From contig OZ242221.1 of assembly GCA_965206845.1 (NCBI GenBank), positions 64,001-128,000 on the forward strand: 64,000 nt of DNA. The letters run 5' to 3'. Shown here piece after piece: positions 10,537-21,100 of this stretch. The stretch is from Cenarchaeum sp. GTDB lineage: Archaea > Thermoproteota > Nitrososphaeria > Nitrososphaerales > Nitrosopumilaceae. The stretch's first letter is position 1, and every line of letters begins with the position of its first letter. The translations under genes and the position numbers were made by a program. The notes beneath the pieces are model-generated. The model searched no databases and was not told the DNA's origin. It saw only the letters and a list, made by a program, of their open reading frames with translations.

Positions 10537-11787
10537 CTACCAGCTCTTGCCGTACTTTTTCTGCTCACTGCTCAGCCTGTCAATTCTGATGCCCATGGCC
10601 TTGAGGGCATCCTTTGCAATCTGGTTGTCAATGTTCTTTGGAACCCGGATGATCTTGTTTCTCATCTTCTCGTGCCTGGCAAGGATGTACTGGATCGATA
10701 GGATCTGGTTTGAGAACGACTGCGCCATCACCTCGGGCGGATGGCCCTCGGCTGCAACGAGGTTGGCCAGCCTTCCTTTTCCGATCAGGTACAGGCGCCT
10801 TCCATCACGCAGCGTGCACTCGTCCAGGTTCGGCCTTATCTCCCTTACGGACTTTGACTCCTCTAGGAGGGGCTTTGTGTCGATCTCGACGTCAAAGTGG
10901 CCGACGTTTCCCAGGACTGCACCGTCCTTTATCTTTGCGATGTGTTCGCTGCGGATGACACCGGTCATTCCGGTACAGGTGATGAATATGTCTCCTGTCT
11001 TTGCCGCTCTCCTTGCCGGCATTACGTCAAACCCGTCCATGTGTGCCTCAAGCGCCTTGATGTAGTCAACCTCGGTTACGATCACCCTAGCCCCCATTCC
11101 CCTGCACCTCTGCGCGACGCCGCGGCCCACCCAGCCGTATCCGAGCACAACCACGCGCTTTGATGCAAAAAGCAGGTTCATGGCCCGCAGGTAGCCGTCT
11201 ATGGTGCTCTGCCCCGTGCCGTGCCTGTTGTCAAACATGTGCTTTGTAAATGCATCATTTACAACCATGATCGGGTAGCGCATCCTGCCCTCCCTCTCGA
11301 GCGCCTTTATCCTGGTGACGCCGGCGGTGGTCTCCTCTGTTGCCCCTAGCACGTTCAGGCCGGCAAACCTCTTGTCCGTATGGGCCCGGATGTTCATGTC
11401 GCCGCCGTCGTCCACTATGACGTCGGGTTTGTACCGCAGGACGCTGTCGATGCATCGGTCGTAATCCCTCTGCGTCTGTCCCCTCCAGGCATAGACATGA
11501 ATTCCCTGGGACGCAAGAAATGCTGCGACGTCGTCCTGTGTTGACAGCGGGTTGCCGCCGCAGGCAACTACCTGGGCGCCCAGATCCTTGGCGCCCATCA
11601 GTAAGACTGCGGTCTCCTTTGTGATGTGGAGGCAGAATCCCAGCGTCCTTCCCTCAAAGTTGTTGTTCTTTTTGATGCGCGATATGGTGGTGTTCAGGAT
11701 CTTCATGTTGTCCCGGGCCCATTCGTAGGAGATCCTTCCACGATCGGCCAGCTTGATGTCCTTGATCCGGTACTGTCGCTTAGCCAC
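10537..11787 (-). CDS. ahcY: S-adenosylhomocysteine hydrolase
   Basis: CLHITKET, NPLSTQD, EETT.G, KHMFDNRHGTGQS, GYGWVG, GHP. Confidence 0.97.
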   Translation of the reverse strand: MAKRQYRIKDIKLADRGRISYEWARDNMKILNTTISRIKKNNNFEGRTLGFCLHITKETAVLLMGAKDLGAQVVACGGNPLSTQDDVAAFLASQGIHVYAWRGQTQRDYDRCIDSVLRYKPDVIVDDGGDMNIRAHTDKRFAGLNVLGATEETTAGVTRIKALEREGRMRYPIMVVNDAFTKHMFDNRHGTGQSTIDGYLRAMNLLFASKRVVVLGYGWVGRGVAQRCRGMGARVIVTEVDYIKALEAHMDGFDVMPARRAAKTGDIFITCTGMTGVIRSEHIAKIKDGAVLGNVGHFDVEIDTKPLLEESKSVREIRPNLDECTLRDGRRLYLIGKGRLANLVAAEGHPPEVMAQSFSNQILSIQYILARHEKMRNKIIRVPKNIDNQIAKDALKAMGIRIDRLSSEQKKYGKSW

Positions 11788-11830
11788 GAAGTTGCCCGGT
11801 ACTGCGAATATAAAATCTTATTCAAGCGGA

Positions 11831-11921
11831 TAGTTTGTTGCACAACTCCGAATCGCAGACACAGAATGCCTGTTCTTCGACGACCGTCTAGGCACGCTTG
11901 AGAGGGTTGTGCAGCAAATTA
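11831..11921. mobile_element. 91-bp MITE with imperfect ~18-bp TIRs and 8-bp target duplication
   Basis: TAGTTTGTTGCACAACTC ... GGGTTGTGCAGCAAATTA, flanked by CAAGCGGA at 11823-11830 and 11922-11929. Confidence 0.85.
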
Positions 11922-12141
11922 CAAGCGGAAGTGCCCTGATTAGGGTATTTTGGCGTCCGGTATGGGATTTTCTGCCACCGCGTCTCCCACTGGGCAAAAA
12001 ACGGCATTGTGGCCCAGTGCGGTGGCAGGCGTGACCGTCCCGGCCTGTTGCCCATGGCTGTTTGCCCACTTTCCCATCAAGTCCGCCGGCAGCATCGCCA
12101 TGCCGCAGCACATCCTCACGCAGTACTAACAGTACCCCTGG

Positions 12142-12780
12142 TTAATCACCGATGTTTTTTCTTATCGGAAGGTGCCAGTCAAACTTGATTGCAAGCAATC
12201 GGATCCCAGTCACAAAACTAATTCCTATAACGGATGCAATCTGTATGTCCATGCCAAAGTAAAGCAGTACATAGAAGATGGTTATGCCTGCAAGGCTTGC
12301 AACGGCATAAACTTCCTTAACAAAGACAGTGGGGACCTCCAGCACAATCACGTCCCTTAGAATTCCGCCGCCTATCGCAGTGATCATGCCCGCAAACTGC
12401 ATTGGGAGGATGCTCAGTCCCACCACCTGATACGCTATTGTGGCCCCCATGATTGAGAAGACGCCCAATCCGACTGCATCAAAGATCAGCCAGAGATTCA
12501 TGTGCTTTTTGTGCTTTGAGAATGAAAGAAACACCACGATTCCCGCAACCACAGTCAGGGTGACATAGATTGGATCAGACAGCGCAGTGGAGAACCTGCC
12601 AAAGACGACATCCCGCATTATCCCGCCGGCAACCCCGACAATGGTTGCCAAGACAATCACGCCAAAGATATCAACTTTGTGCGCAACTGCCTTTGATGCC
12701 CCGGTCACTGCAAAAGCAATGGTTCCCAAATAATCAAGAATGGTTATGAATCCGAGTATGGGGATGGCGAGTTCGGTCAA
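12142..12780 (-). CDS. UPF0126 / trimeric intracellular cation channel family membrane protein
   Basis: Twofold repeat: GTIAFAVTGA...GGIMRDV and DAVGLGVF...GGGILRDV. Confidence 0.9.
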   Translation of the reverse strand: MTELAIPILGFITILDYLGTIAFAVTGASKAVAHKVDIFGVIVLATIVGVAGGIMRDVVFGRFSTALSDPIYVTLTVVAGIVVFLSFSKHKKHMNLWLIFDAVGLGVFSIMGATIAYQVVGLSILPMQFAGMITAIGGGILRDVIVLEVPTVFVKEVYAVASLAGITIFYVLLYFGMDIQIASVIGISFVTGIRLLAIKFDWHLPIRKNIGD

Positions 12781-12898
12781 TCAATACGGTGACTGCGCTG
12801 CCATTAATTAAGATTAGATCTGTGCAAAGTCCTAGGATGCAGGTACGCTGCCACCTGCTGCGCCGATGCGGGCTGTGGCTACACGATCTTTCCCGGGA

Positions 12899-15142
12899 TT
12901 ATTCGGATATCTGAGACTGGAACATCTGCGCCAGCGCCGACAGCGGGATCTCGTCTAGGGCCTTCTGCAGGATCGAGCCCAGTATCGGCTGATCGTTTCT
13001 GTAGCCGATGGTTATGTCGTACTCGTGTCCCGTGGGACCTGCGTTGTATAGTCCCTCGATTCCCGCTATCTCGGCATAGCTGTATACGGGCTGCCACGTG
13101 GCCGCAAGTGCGTCCGCGTCGCCTGCCTGCATCATCTCGAGTCCGGCCGCATAGCCGTCCACCGATACGTACTCGACATCTGGGTGGTTCTCGTCAAGCC
13201 ACGCCTCTATCGCATGATTCCGTATCGTGAGTAGCCGGAGTCCTTCATCGTTGATGTCAGCCGGCTGGTCACCAAGCGTTGCGAGACTTGTGCCGATGGT
13301 GTAGTGGGGCGTAGTAAAGCTCATGTACTCTAGTCTGTCTGCCGTACTGGCCACCATGAATATGACATCGGCATCCCTGTCCCGTACGGAGTCAAGGGCG
13401 TCGGTCCAGTCAGATATCGGGACCTGCACAAAGTCAGCGCCGGTGATCCTCCCAAACTCCGACATGTACTGCGGCGTAACGACTGCAAGCCGGCCGGACT
13501 CGTCGACGTACTCAAACGGGAACCACGTCGGGTGGTAGGCCACTCTCATGGTCGGGTTCTCCTCCAACCACGCTGCTTCCTCGGCTGTCAGAGTTGCCAG
13601 TGGTACGGCGCTCGTATCATACTCTGCCACCTGTATCCAGATGCCGTCTTTGATCTCCCATACGGCGTAGGGGCCGCCGTCCCGATCGCCCGCAGCATTG
13701 AATGTGACTGTACCGCCGGCGCCAGTGTACCCTTCCGCAATCCGCGGAAGTGCCTCACGGATGTCTGCTGCGGACGTGCCTCCGGTCTCAAGAATTGCGC
13801 GCCCGATCAACTGCACGGCATCATACCCGTGGAGGGCGTAAACGCTGGGCGTTCTGCCCAGAGCTTGGGTCAGCTGGGGTGCTATCTGCATGCCGATCTC
13901 GCTCTCTCGTGCCGTGGGCTGGATCGCCGTAAAGTTTACTCCGTCAGCGAACACCAGCGCAGTCGCGCTGTCATGCAGAATGGTGTTGGTTTCAGATCCA
14001 AACCACCTTACCTCTCCCAGAATGCTGCTCCCAGCTGCCATCTCAATAAAGTCATATGTCTCCTCAAATCCTATGTACAGCACGGCAACCTGATCCGGAT
14101 CATGCGTATCAAGGCGCTTGGCCACATTGCCGACCAGTCTCTGTATGTCAGATTCTGCAAACTCTCCCGATATGTCATACAGGATCCTCTCCTCAAACAC
14201 CCCTTCTCCCAGCTCAAGGAACTTTGCCTCTGCCGAATCGACTATCACTGTAATCCACAACGCGTCCCTTCCTGCCGGTATTACCACCTTGATTCCCTCG
14301 TCATGCATAACGCCTGCGAGTGCATGCCCTTGGTGCGTGCTGTCCGGAGTCATGCGGAACAGGCTGTCTCCGGCAACGGCATACTCTGGCAGGATGGAGC
14401 AGCAGCTGACTAGCAGCATGCCGTTGGAGTCTGCATAGTCTATGATGTCTTGGCTGTAAAGGTCAATTGATGGGCCGGCTACAATCTTGATTCTTCGCTC
14501 GTTGAAAGACACTACCTCCTCTGCCATAACGTCTGGGTGGGTTTTGGAGTCGCGCGACTCTACGTTGAGGCGCCACGGCTCTCCCCGCTCCTGCAGGAGT
14601 CCGTTAAAGTCATCCACTGCCAGGAACGTGGCTGCAGATATGTCCTCCCCGTACCGTGCCGCACCGCCGGTCACTGGCGCAAGCAAACCTATGGTGACCA
14701 CTTCCACATCAGCAAGCTCTGGCGCAGTCAGGTCTATTCCAAGCGCCAGCAAAGCCTCGTACGTGCCGGGGTAAAGGCAGAGGGGCCGCTGGGAGTCCCT
14801 GATGTAAAGATCCCTTGGCGGATTGCACTGTATGTGTGAGAGCAAAGCCCCGTCCCTCTGCTGCTGCAGCGGAGCGGCGTGTCTGGCGGGTTGCCCGTCT
14901 ACAGGTTTCATGGAGTCGTGATCCTCTCCTGCCGGGGCGGCCATGGTTGCGGCCGGCTGCCTACCGGTGTCTGCGGACTGGGCATACGCAGGCACCACTG
15001 GATTGTACGTATGCTTGTCCTGGATCTTCCATGCAATGAGCGGCAGGACATCATGGTGGTAGCTGTCCGATGCGTGCGGCAGTATTGCGACTGCCGCCAT
15101 GAGCCACACTGTGCAAAGGGTAGCAGAGGTTGTGGGTTTCAT
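12899..15142 (-). CDS. Secreted tandem solute-binding protein: type-1 (LivJ-like) domain fused to type-2 (PBPb-like) domain
   Basis: Signal-like N-terminus; TIGLLAPVTG...GYDAVQL...GTVTFNAAGDR; then LTAEEAAWLEENP.MRVAY...PFEYVD...ILQKALDEI. Confidence 0.8.
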   Translation of the reverse strand: MKPTTSATLCTVWLMAAVAILPHASDSYHHDVLPLIAWKIQDKHTYNPVVPAYAQSADTGRQPAATMAAPAGEDHDSMKPVDGQPARHAAPLQQQRDGALLSHIQCNPPRDLYIRDSQRPLCLYPGTYEALLALGIDLTAPELADVEVVTIGLLAPVTGGAARYGEDISAATFLAVDDFNGLLQERGEPWRLNVESRDSKTHPDVMAEEVVSFNERRIKIVAGPSIDLYSQDIIDYADSNGMLLVSCCSILPEYAVAGDSLFRMTPDSTHQGHALAGVMHDEGIKVVIPAGRDALWITVIVDSAEAKFLELGEGVFEERILYDISGEFAESDIQRLVGNVAKRLDTHDPDQVAVLYIGFEETYDFIEMAAGSSILGEVRWFGSETNTILHDSATALVFADGVNFTAIQPTARESEIGMQIAPQLTQALGRTPSVYALHGYDAVQLIGRAILETGGTSAADIREALPRIAEGYTGAGGTVTFNAAGDRDGGPYAVWEIKDGIWIQVAEYDTSAVPLATLTAEEAAWLEENPTMRVAYHPTWFPFEYVDESGRLAVVTPQYMSEFGRITGADFVQVPISDWTDALDSVRDRDADVIFMVASTADRLEYMSFTTPHYTIGTSLATLGDQPADINDEGLRLLTIRNHAIEAWLDENHPDVEYVSVDGYAAGLEMMQAGDADALAATWQPVYSYAEIAGIEGLYNAGPTGHEYDITIGYRNDQPILGSILQKALDEIPLSALAQMFQSQISE

Positions 15143-15413
15143 TCCATCTCGCCAATTCGCAGAGTGCAGGGCTGCGCGAGCCTGTCTGCTGGTTTATGCA
15201 AAAGGCGGTGGTTTGTCATGGCAGTATACAGGGATATAATATATTTAAGGAATTGCGGCAGGCAGGCTGCAGGTGGAGTCCTAATGCCGGCAGGCGCCAT
15301 CGCGGGTGCCCATAACAAAGCCTTAAAAGCTATTTTGAACAAACATGTAGCAACCAGGCGATGGTGAATTTAAATCCGGAAATGAATAGCCCCAGTTATT
15401 CCAGCACAGCTCT

Positions 15414-16679
15414 TTGGAGTGCGCCGTGGTAGACCTCTGGGTTGAGATCGCTGCATTAGCAGTTCTGATCGGCCTGTCTGCATTCTTCAGCGGCCTGGAG
15501 GTGGCGCTAGTAGGCACGAGAGTCTCCAAGGTTCGCCAGCTGGTCAAACAGAACGTCAAGGGCTCTAGGGCCCTCAACCGACTCAAATCAAATCCCAGCT
15601 GGATGATGTCCAGCGTAAACCTGGGAAACAATCTTGTAAACGTAGGCTCGTCTGCACTGGCTACTAGCATCGCGATCAGGACATTTGGAGACCAAGGCCT
15701 GGGCATAGCCGTAGGGGTAATGACGTTTCTAATACTGGTCTTCGGCGAGATCACGCCCAAGACGTACTGCAACGCAAACGCCACAAAGATATCCCTGCGG
15801 TTTGCGCCGGTGCTGCTGGCTTTTGGCTACGCGCTGTGGCCGGTGGTAAAGCTCTTTGAGATCATCACCCGTGGGATGGTAAGGTTGACCGGCAGCAGCT
15901 ACCACGCTCCGCCGATAACAGAGGAGGACATCAAGGGCATTGTGGAGCAGGGCCTGGCAGACAAGGCGCTGGAGAAGGACGAGACCGATCTTGTTCACGG
16001 GGCACTGGAGTTTGATGACATCGTGGTAAGGTCAGTCATGACCCCCAGAACCAAGATGTTCTGCCTCCCGGAGAGGATGCTGCTCTTTGACGCGCTTCCG
16101 CTGATCAACCAGAACGCGCACTCGAGAATCCCGATCTACGGCAAGGATCTGGATGACATCACCGGATTTGTTCACGTGCGGGACATACTTTTGGAGATGG
16201 AGAAAGACAGCAGGATGGTCACGCTACACCAGCTTGCCCGCAAGCCCGTTTTTGTGTCCCAAGAGAAGATGGTAAGCTCCATGCTCAAGGAGATGCAAGG
16301 GAGAAAGACGCACATGGCCATTGTGATGGATGAGCACGGCGGAGTCGAGGGTCTGGTAACCTTGGAAGATCTTTTGGAGGAGATAGTGGGAGAGATAGAG
16401 GACGAGACTGACATCTCCAGATCCCAGCCATACCAACGCGTGGACCGGGACACGGTGATAACCAGCGGCGAGATCGAGATCTCCGTCCTCAACGGGGTGT
16501 TTGATGCCAGTATACCGGAGGGCGCAGACTATAGCACCATCAACGGTTTGCTGCACGAGATGCTCCAGGACATCCCGCAGGAGGGAGACAAGATACAGGC
16601 AGGCGGCCTTAGATTGGTGGTGGAGAAGACAGTCAGGAACCTGCCGGTAAGAATCAGGGTCGAGAGGATAAAGTCCTAG
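15414..16679 (+). CDS. CNNM/DUF21-CBS-CorC membrane protein (hemolysin-like, Mg/Co efflux family)
   Basis: SAFFSGLEVAL, GNNLVN, FGEITPK, VMTPR, HSRIP, DEHGG..GLVTLEDLLEEIVGEI. Confidence 0.93.
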   Translation: MECAVVDLWVEIAALAVLIGLSAFFSGLEVALVGTRVSKVRQLVKQNVKGSRALNRLKSNPSWMMSSVNLGNNLVNVGSSALATSIAIRTFGDQGLGIAVGVMTFLILVFGEITPKTYCNANATKISLRFAPVLLAFGYALWPVVKLFEIITRGMVRLTGSSYHAPPITEEDIKGIVEQGLADKALEKDETDLVHGALEFDDIVVRSVMTPRTKMFCLPERMLLFDALPLINQNAHSRIPIYGKDLDDITGFVHVRDILLEMEKDSRMVTLHQLARKPVFVSQEKMVSSMLKEMQGRKTHMAIVMDEHGGVEGLVTLEDLLEEIVGEIEDETDISRSQPYQRVDRDTVITSGEIEISVLNGVFDASIPEGADYSTINGLLHEMLQDIPQEGDKIQAGGLRLVVEKTVRNLPVRIRVERIKS

Positions 16680-17731
16680 GGATCCTGCCTGGCAAAGTGG
16701 GCCTCCAGTTTGGCCTTCTTCTCTGCCATGTGAAATATCTCTTCTGTGTGCGCCGAGGCTTCGCCATAAGGGCGCCCAAAGAGCATGGCCTGCATCAGGA
16801 GGTGGTTCTCTGGAATCACGATGCCGGTCTGATCATCGGAGTACATCATTTGGAGTGTGTCGCCAGCAGAGACGGTCATGTTTGCATGTATGTGGATCAT
16901 GTTTGTGTCCTTGAAGCTGAACTCCATCGAGTCGGCAAACTCCCTGACATCCGCGGTGCCCTTGGCAGTCCAAAGGGTCGCCACACCGTACTCGTCTTGG
17001 AATATGCCGTGTATGTCGTCTGGCGCCGGCGCGTCGCCGTCAAACCTGACATCAACTATGTGCAGGTGCATCTGCCTGCTGGGAACCTTGATTGCGCGCA
17101 CAAAGAGCGGCGCATCGCGGCCCAGATATGCCTTAACGTCCTCGCCGTGGTGCGGACTTGCGGTCATCTCGATGGTGTCCCGCAGCTGCATGTCGGTCTG
17201 CTCGATGTCCGCCCATCGCCTTATGAGGGTGACGTCGATTCTCCTGAGGCCCTTGCCGTACCTCTCCTTGAGCGGCGAGAGCACCCTTCCCATGCCCGTA
17301 ACGTTGCAGCTGCCCTGCATCGCGTGTCTTTGCCCAAACGCCTCGCGGTAGTTGGAGCGGGAGTTGAACAGCAGGTCTGCTACTGCGCGCTCGCCGTACA
17401 CGGTCTCGCCGCCCTGGTATATGGCGCAGAGCCCCCGCGGCTCGTAGAGCTGAGTCCTGTTGCGGTATCCGTGGCCGCCAGGTGACGCGTCGATGACCAG
17501 ATCGCAGCCGTCCAGTGCGGACTCGATGGTGCCTGCAATCTGGTACCCGTCAAAGTCGTCTGTCTTTGCCTTTGGGACGTATACCGGCAGGCCCCGGGAC
17601 GCAGCCAGTTCCACCCTGGCATCAGGCGAATATTTGCCAATCCCCACCAGCGCGACCTCCGGATCATCCTTTAGGAACGCAGATATCCTGCTTCCTATGG
17701 ATCCGTACCCGTTGACAAAGACCCGTTTCAT
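16676..17731 (-). CDS. gap: Archaeal (type II) glyceraldehyde-3-phosphate dehydrogenase
   Basis: VFVNGYGSIG, YQGGE, SCN catalytic motif, IVIPEN; true start likely ATG 17731 (the upstream ORF extension is IS-derived). Confidence 0.9.
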   Translation of the reverse strand: MKRVFVNGYGSIGSRISAFLKDDPEVALVGIGKYSPDARVELAASRGLPVYVPKAKTDDFDGYQIAGTIESALDGCDLVIDASPGGHGYRNRTQLYEPRGLCAIYQGGETVYGERAVADLLFNSRSNYREAFGQRHAMQGSCNVTGMGRVLSPLKERYGKGLRRIDVTLIRRWADIEQTDMQLRDTIEMTASPHHGEDVKAYLGRDAPLFVRAIKVPSRQMHLHIVDVRFDGDAPAPDDIHGIFQDEYGVATLWTAKGTADVREFADSMEFSFKDTNMIHIHANMTVSAGDTLQMMYSDDQTGIVIPENHLLMQAMLFGRPYGEASAHTEEIFHMAEKKAKLEAHFARQDP

Positions 17732-17757
17732 ACACCGGGGAACATCTATGCCACTTA

Positions 17758-17957
17758 TAGTATTATGTGGGTCAGGCGTATTCGGAGAGGAGGTGTTTGT
17801 GGTCATGTTTGATAGCCTGACTACCGGCGCACCTCTCTGATCAGTATATCTCCTTGTTGAAAATGCCTGATATGGTGCTCAAATTCAGTTGGCATGCCTA
17901 GTCTGGCCTGATTTTGGAGCCATTAGGCGTGACTGGAAATAATTAGGAAACAGAGTC
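17758..17957 (-). mobile_element. Truncated left end (~200 bp) of the IS5-like element found intact at 58469-59831
   Basis: Near-identical to 59632-59831, including the TIR ATAATTAGGAAACAGAGT and the first 16 transposase codons MTTNTSSPNTPDPHNT. Confidence 0.93.
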
Positions 17958-18183
17958 AAGCATTCTATAGCGCCGACTAAAAGTTCTTGCAGAATTCACG
18001 AATCACTTCAGTCAGGCTTCCCTGCAAAGCCACATGCCAGAACGTTATGTCTGCCAAGATTAGGAACGGATTAGGCGGCAATTGTCAATGGCCGGTGTCC
18101 ATGTTTGAGACAAGCGTGATCGAGGCCAGCGGCATACTCTGCAGGAACTTTCGATCGGCGCCATATATCAATAAATAGTTCCC

Positions 18184-21100
18184 TTGAATATGTCTATTAT
18201 GCGGAATAGTTCCCGCCGCGCGGGATATGCTAGCCGCATTGATCGGCACTGCCCGCCCAAGACGACTGCCATCATCTCCGCGGCCATCGCACTGGCCATC
18301 CTGATGACTACGGTGGGCGAGGCCGCCGCGCAGTCAGACACCACCTCGTTTGTCACCACCTGGCGGACGACCGCCGTCAACGACATCATCACCCTGCCGA
18401 TCCACGGCACCAACATGGCCATCTCCTGGGGTGACGGCACCACTACCACCGGGGCCTCCGGACCGACCGACCACACCTACGGGACCCCAGGCAGCCACAC
18501 CATCTCGGTCTCCGGCGGCCTGACGCGCATCAACATCAACGGCCACGCCGACGCACCCAAACTCATCTCGATAGACCAGTGGGGCAACTCCTCCTGGACC
18601 AACATGAGGGACGCCTTCCGCGGAGCCTCCAACATGGTCTATAACGCCATCGATGCCCCCGACCTGAGCAAGGTCACCAACATGCTCAACATGTTCAACG
18701 GTGCTTCCTCCTTCAACGGCAACATCACCAACTGGGACACCTCGTCGGTTATTGACATAAGCTCCATGTTCCACGGCGCCACCGTCTTCAACCAGCCCCT
18801 CGACTGGGACACCTCGAAGGTCATCGGCATGAGAGAAGTGTTCCGCAACGCCCAAGCCTTCAACCAGTCCCTCGACTGGGACACCTCGAAGGTCGACAGG
18901 ACGAGCGCCATGTTCAGCGGCGCCTCCTCCTTCAACGGCAACATCACCAACTGGGACACCTCGAGGGTCACCCACATGATCAGAATGTTCGACGGCGCCA
19001 CCGCCTTCAACCAACCCCTCGACTGGGACACCTCGCGGGTAACCGACATGAACAACATGTTCAGGAGCGCCTCCTCCTTCAACGGCAGCATCACCAACTG
19101 GGACACCTCGCGGGTCACCGACATGAACAGCATGTTCAGGAGCGCCTCCTCCTTCAACCAGCCCCTCGACTGGAACACCTCGGAGGTCACCAGCATGTCC
19201 CGCATGTTCAGCGGCGCCTCCTCCTTCAACGGCAACATCACCAACTGGGACACCTCGAAGGTCACCAACATGAACCTCATGTTCTTCTTCGCCTCCTCCT
19301 TCAACCAACCCCTCTCAACCTGGAACGTCTCCTCGGTCACCACATGAACAGCATGTTCAACCTCGCCATCGCCTTCAACCAGCCCCTCGACTGGGACACC
19401 TCGAAGGTCACCGGCATGAGCACCATGTTCCACGGCGCCTCCTCCTTCAACGGCACCATCACCGACTGGGACACCTCGAAGGTCACCAGCATGTCAGAAA
19501 TGTTCAGCGGCGCCTCCTCCTTCAACCAGCCCCTCGACTGGGACACCTCGAAGGTCACCAGCATGTCCCGCATGTTCAGCGGCGCCTCCTCCTTCAACGG
19601 CACCATCACCGACTGGGACACCTCGAAGGTCACCCGCATGGACTACATGTTCAACGGCGCCTCCTCCTTCAACGGCACCATCACCGACTGGGACACCTCG
19701 AAGGTCACCCGCATGAACAACATGTTCGCCGGCGCCTCCTCCTTCAACGGCACCATCACCGACTGGGACACCTCGAAGGTCACCCACATGAACAACATGT
19801 TCGCCGGCGCCTCCTCTTTCGACCAACCACTGGGTTCTTGGGACGTCTCGTCTGCGCTTGACATGAACGACATGTTCAACGGCGCCGACGCCTTTGACCA
19901 GAACCTAGGCGCCTGGTACATTATGCTTGACAGCACAGCAATCGACAGGACAGTCATTCCCGGCACGGTCGGTGAGATATCTTCGCAGAACCGATTTCTG
20001 AACGACCAGGGGCCCGCCTATGACCCCGTGTCCAACATCGACTCGACAAGGTTTGCCATCGACTCCAATCTACTCAAAATGACATCTATCACGCCGGCAA
20101 AGGCCACCTACATAGTCAACATCACTGCAACCGGGCCCAACGTCTTTGAGAGCGACAACAACTGGCGCGCCTTCAATGTGACCGTGAACGGGGACGTGGT
20201 CCTGCCGGCCCCGACCCTGAGCACCACTGCGACATCGCCAACCAACGCCGCCTCCGTCACCGTCACCGTCGACTTCGGAGAGGCCATCAACGCCGCCACC
20301 TTTGACCTGAGCGACGACGTGGCCGTCACCGGCGGAACCGCCTCGTCCCTGTCCCACCAGTCCGGCAACCAGATCTTCACCTTCACCATCACCCCGTCCG
20401 CCGACGGGCAGGTGACCGCCTCCATCCCCGCCGGCAGCGTCACGGACCCCGCCGGCAACGGCAACACCGCATCCAACGTGCTGCGCGTCACCTCCGACAG
20501 GACAGCGCCCGGCCCCACCCTGTCGACTGACGCGGACTCCCCGACCAACTCCGCCTCCATCACCGTCACCGTCGACTTCGGCGAGGCTGTCAACGCCGCC
20601 ACCTTCACGCTGGATGACATCTCCGTCACCGGCGGGGACGCCTCTGGCCTGGCCCAGGAGGGCGCGACGACCCAAAAATACACATTCACCGTCACCCCGA
20701 GCTCCGACGGCCAGCTGACAGTCACGATCCCCGCCGACAGCGTCAAGGACCCCGCCGGCAACAACAACACCGCCTCCGGCCAGCTGCCCGTGACCTTCGA
20801 CAGGACTACCCCCGGCCCCACCCTGTCGACTGACGCGGCCTCCCCGACCAACGCGGCATCGGTCACCGTGGCAGTAGACTTTGGCGAGCCGATCGACGAC
20901 GCCACCTTCACGCTGGATGACATCTCCGTCACCGGCGGGGACGCCTCTGGCCTGGCCCAGGAGGGCGTGACGACCCAAAAATACACATTCACCGTCACCC
21001 CGAGCTCCGACGGCCAGCTGACCGTCACGATCCCCGCCGACAGCGTCAAGGACCCCGCCGGCAACAGCAACACCGTCTCCAACGTGCTGCGCGTCACCTT

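Noticed and set aside
18660-19920. Regular ~72-75-bp repeats resembling a CRISPR array or DGR
   Set aside because: In-frame protein repeats with no unique spacers, cas genes or reverse transcriptase in the window
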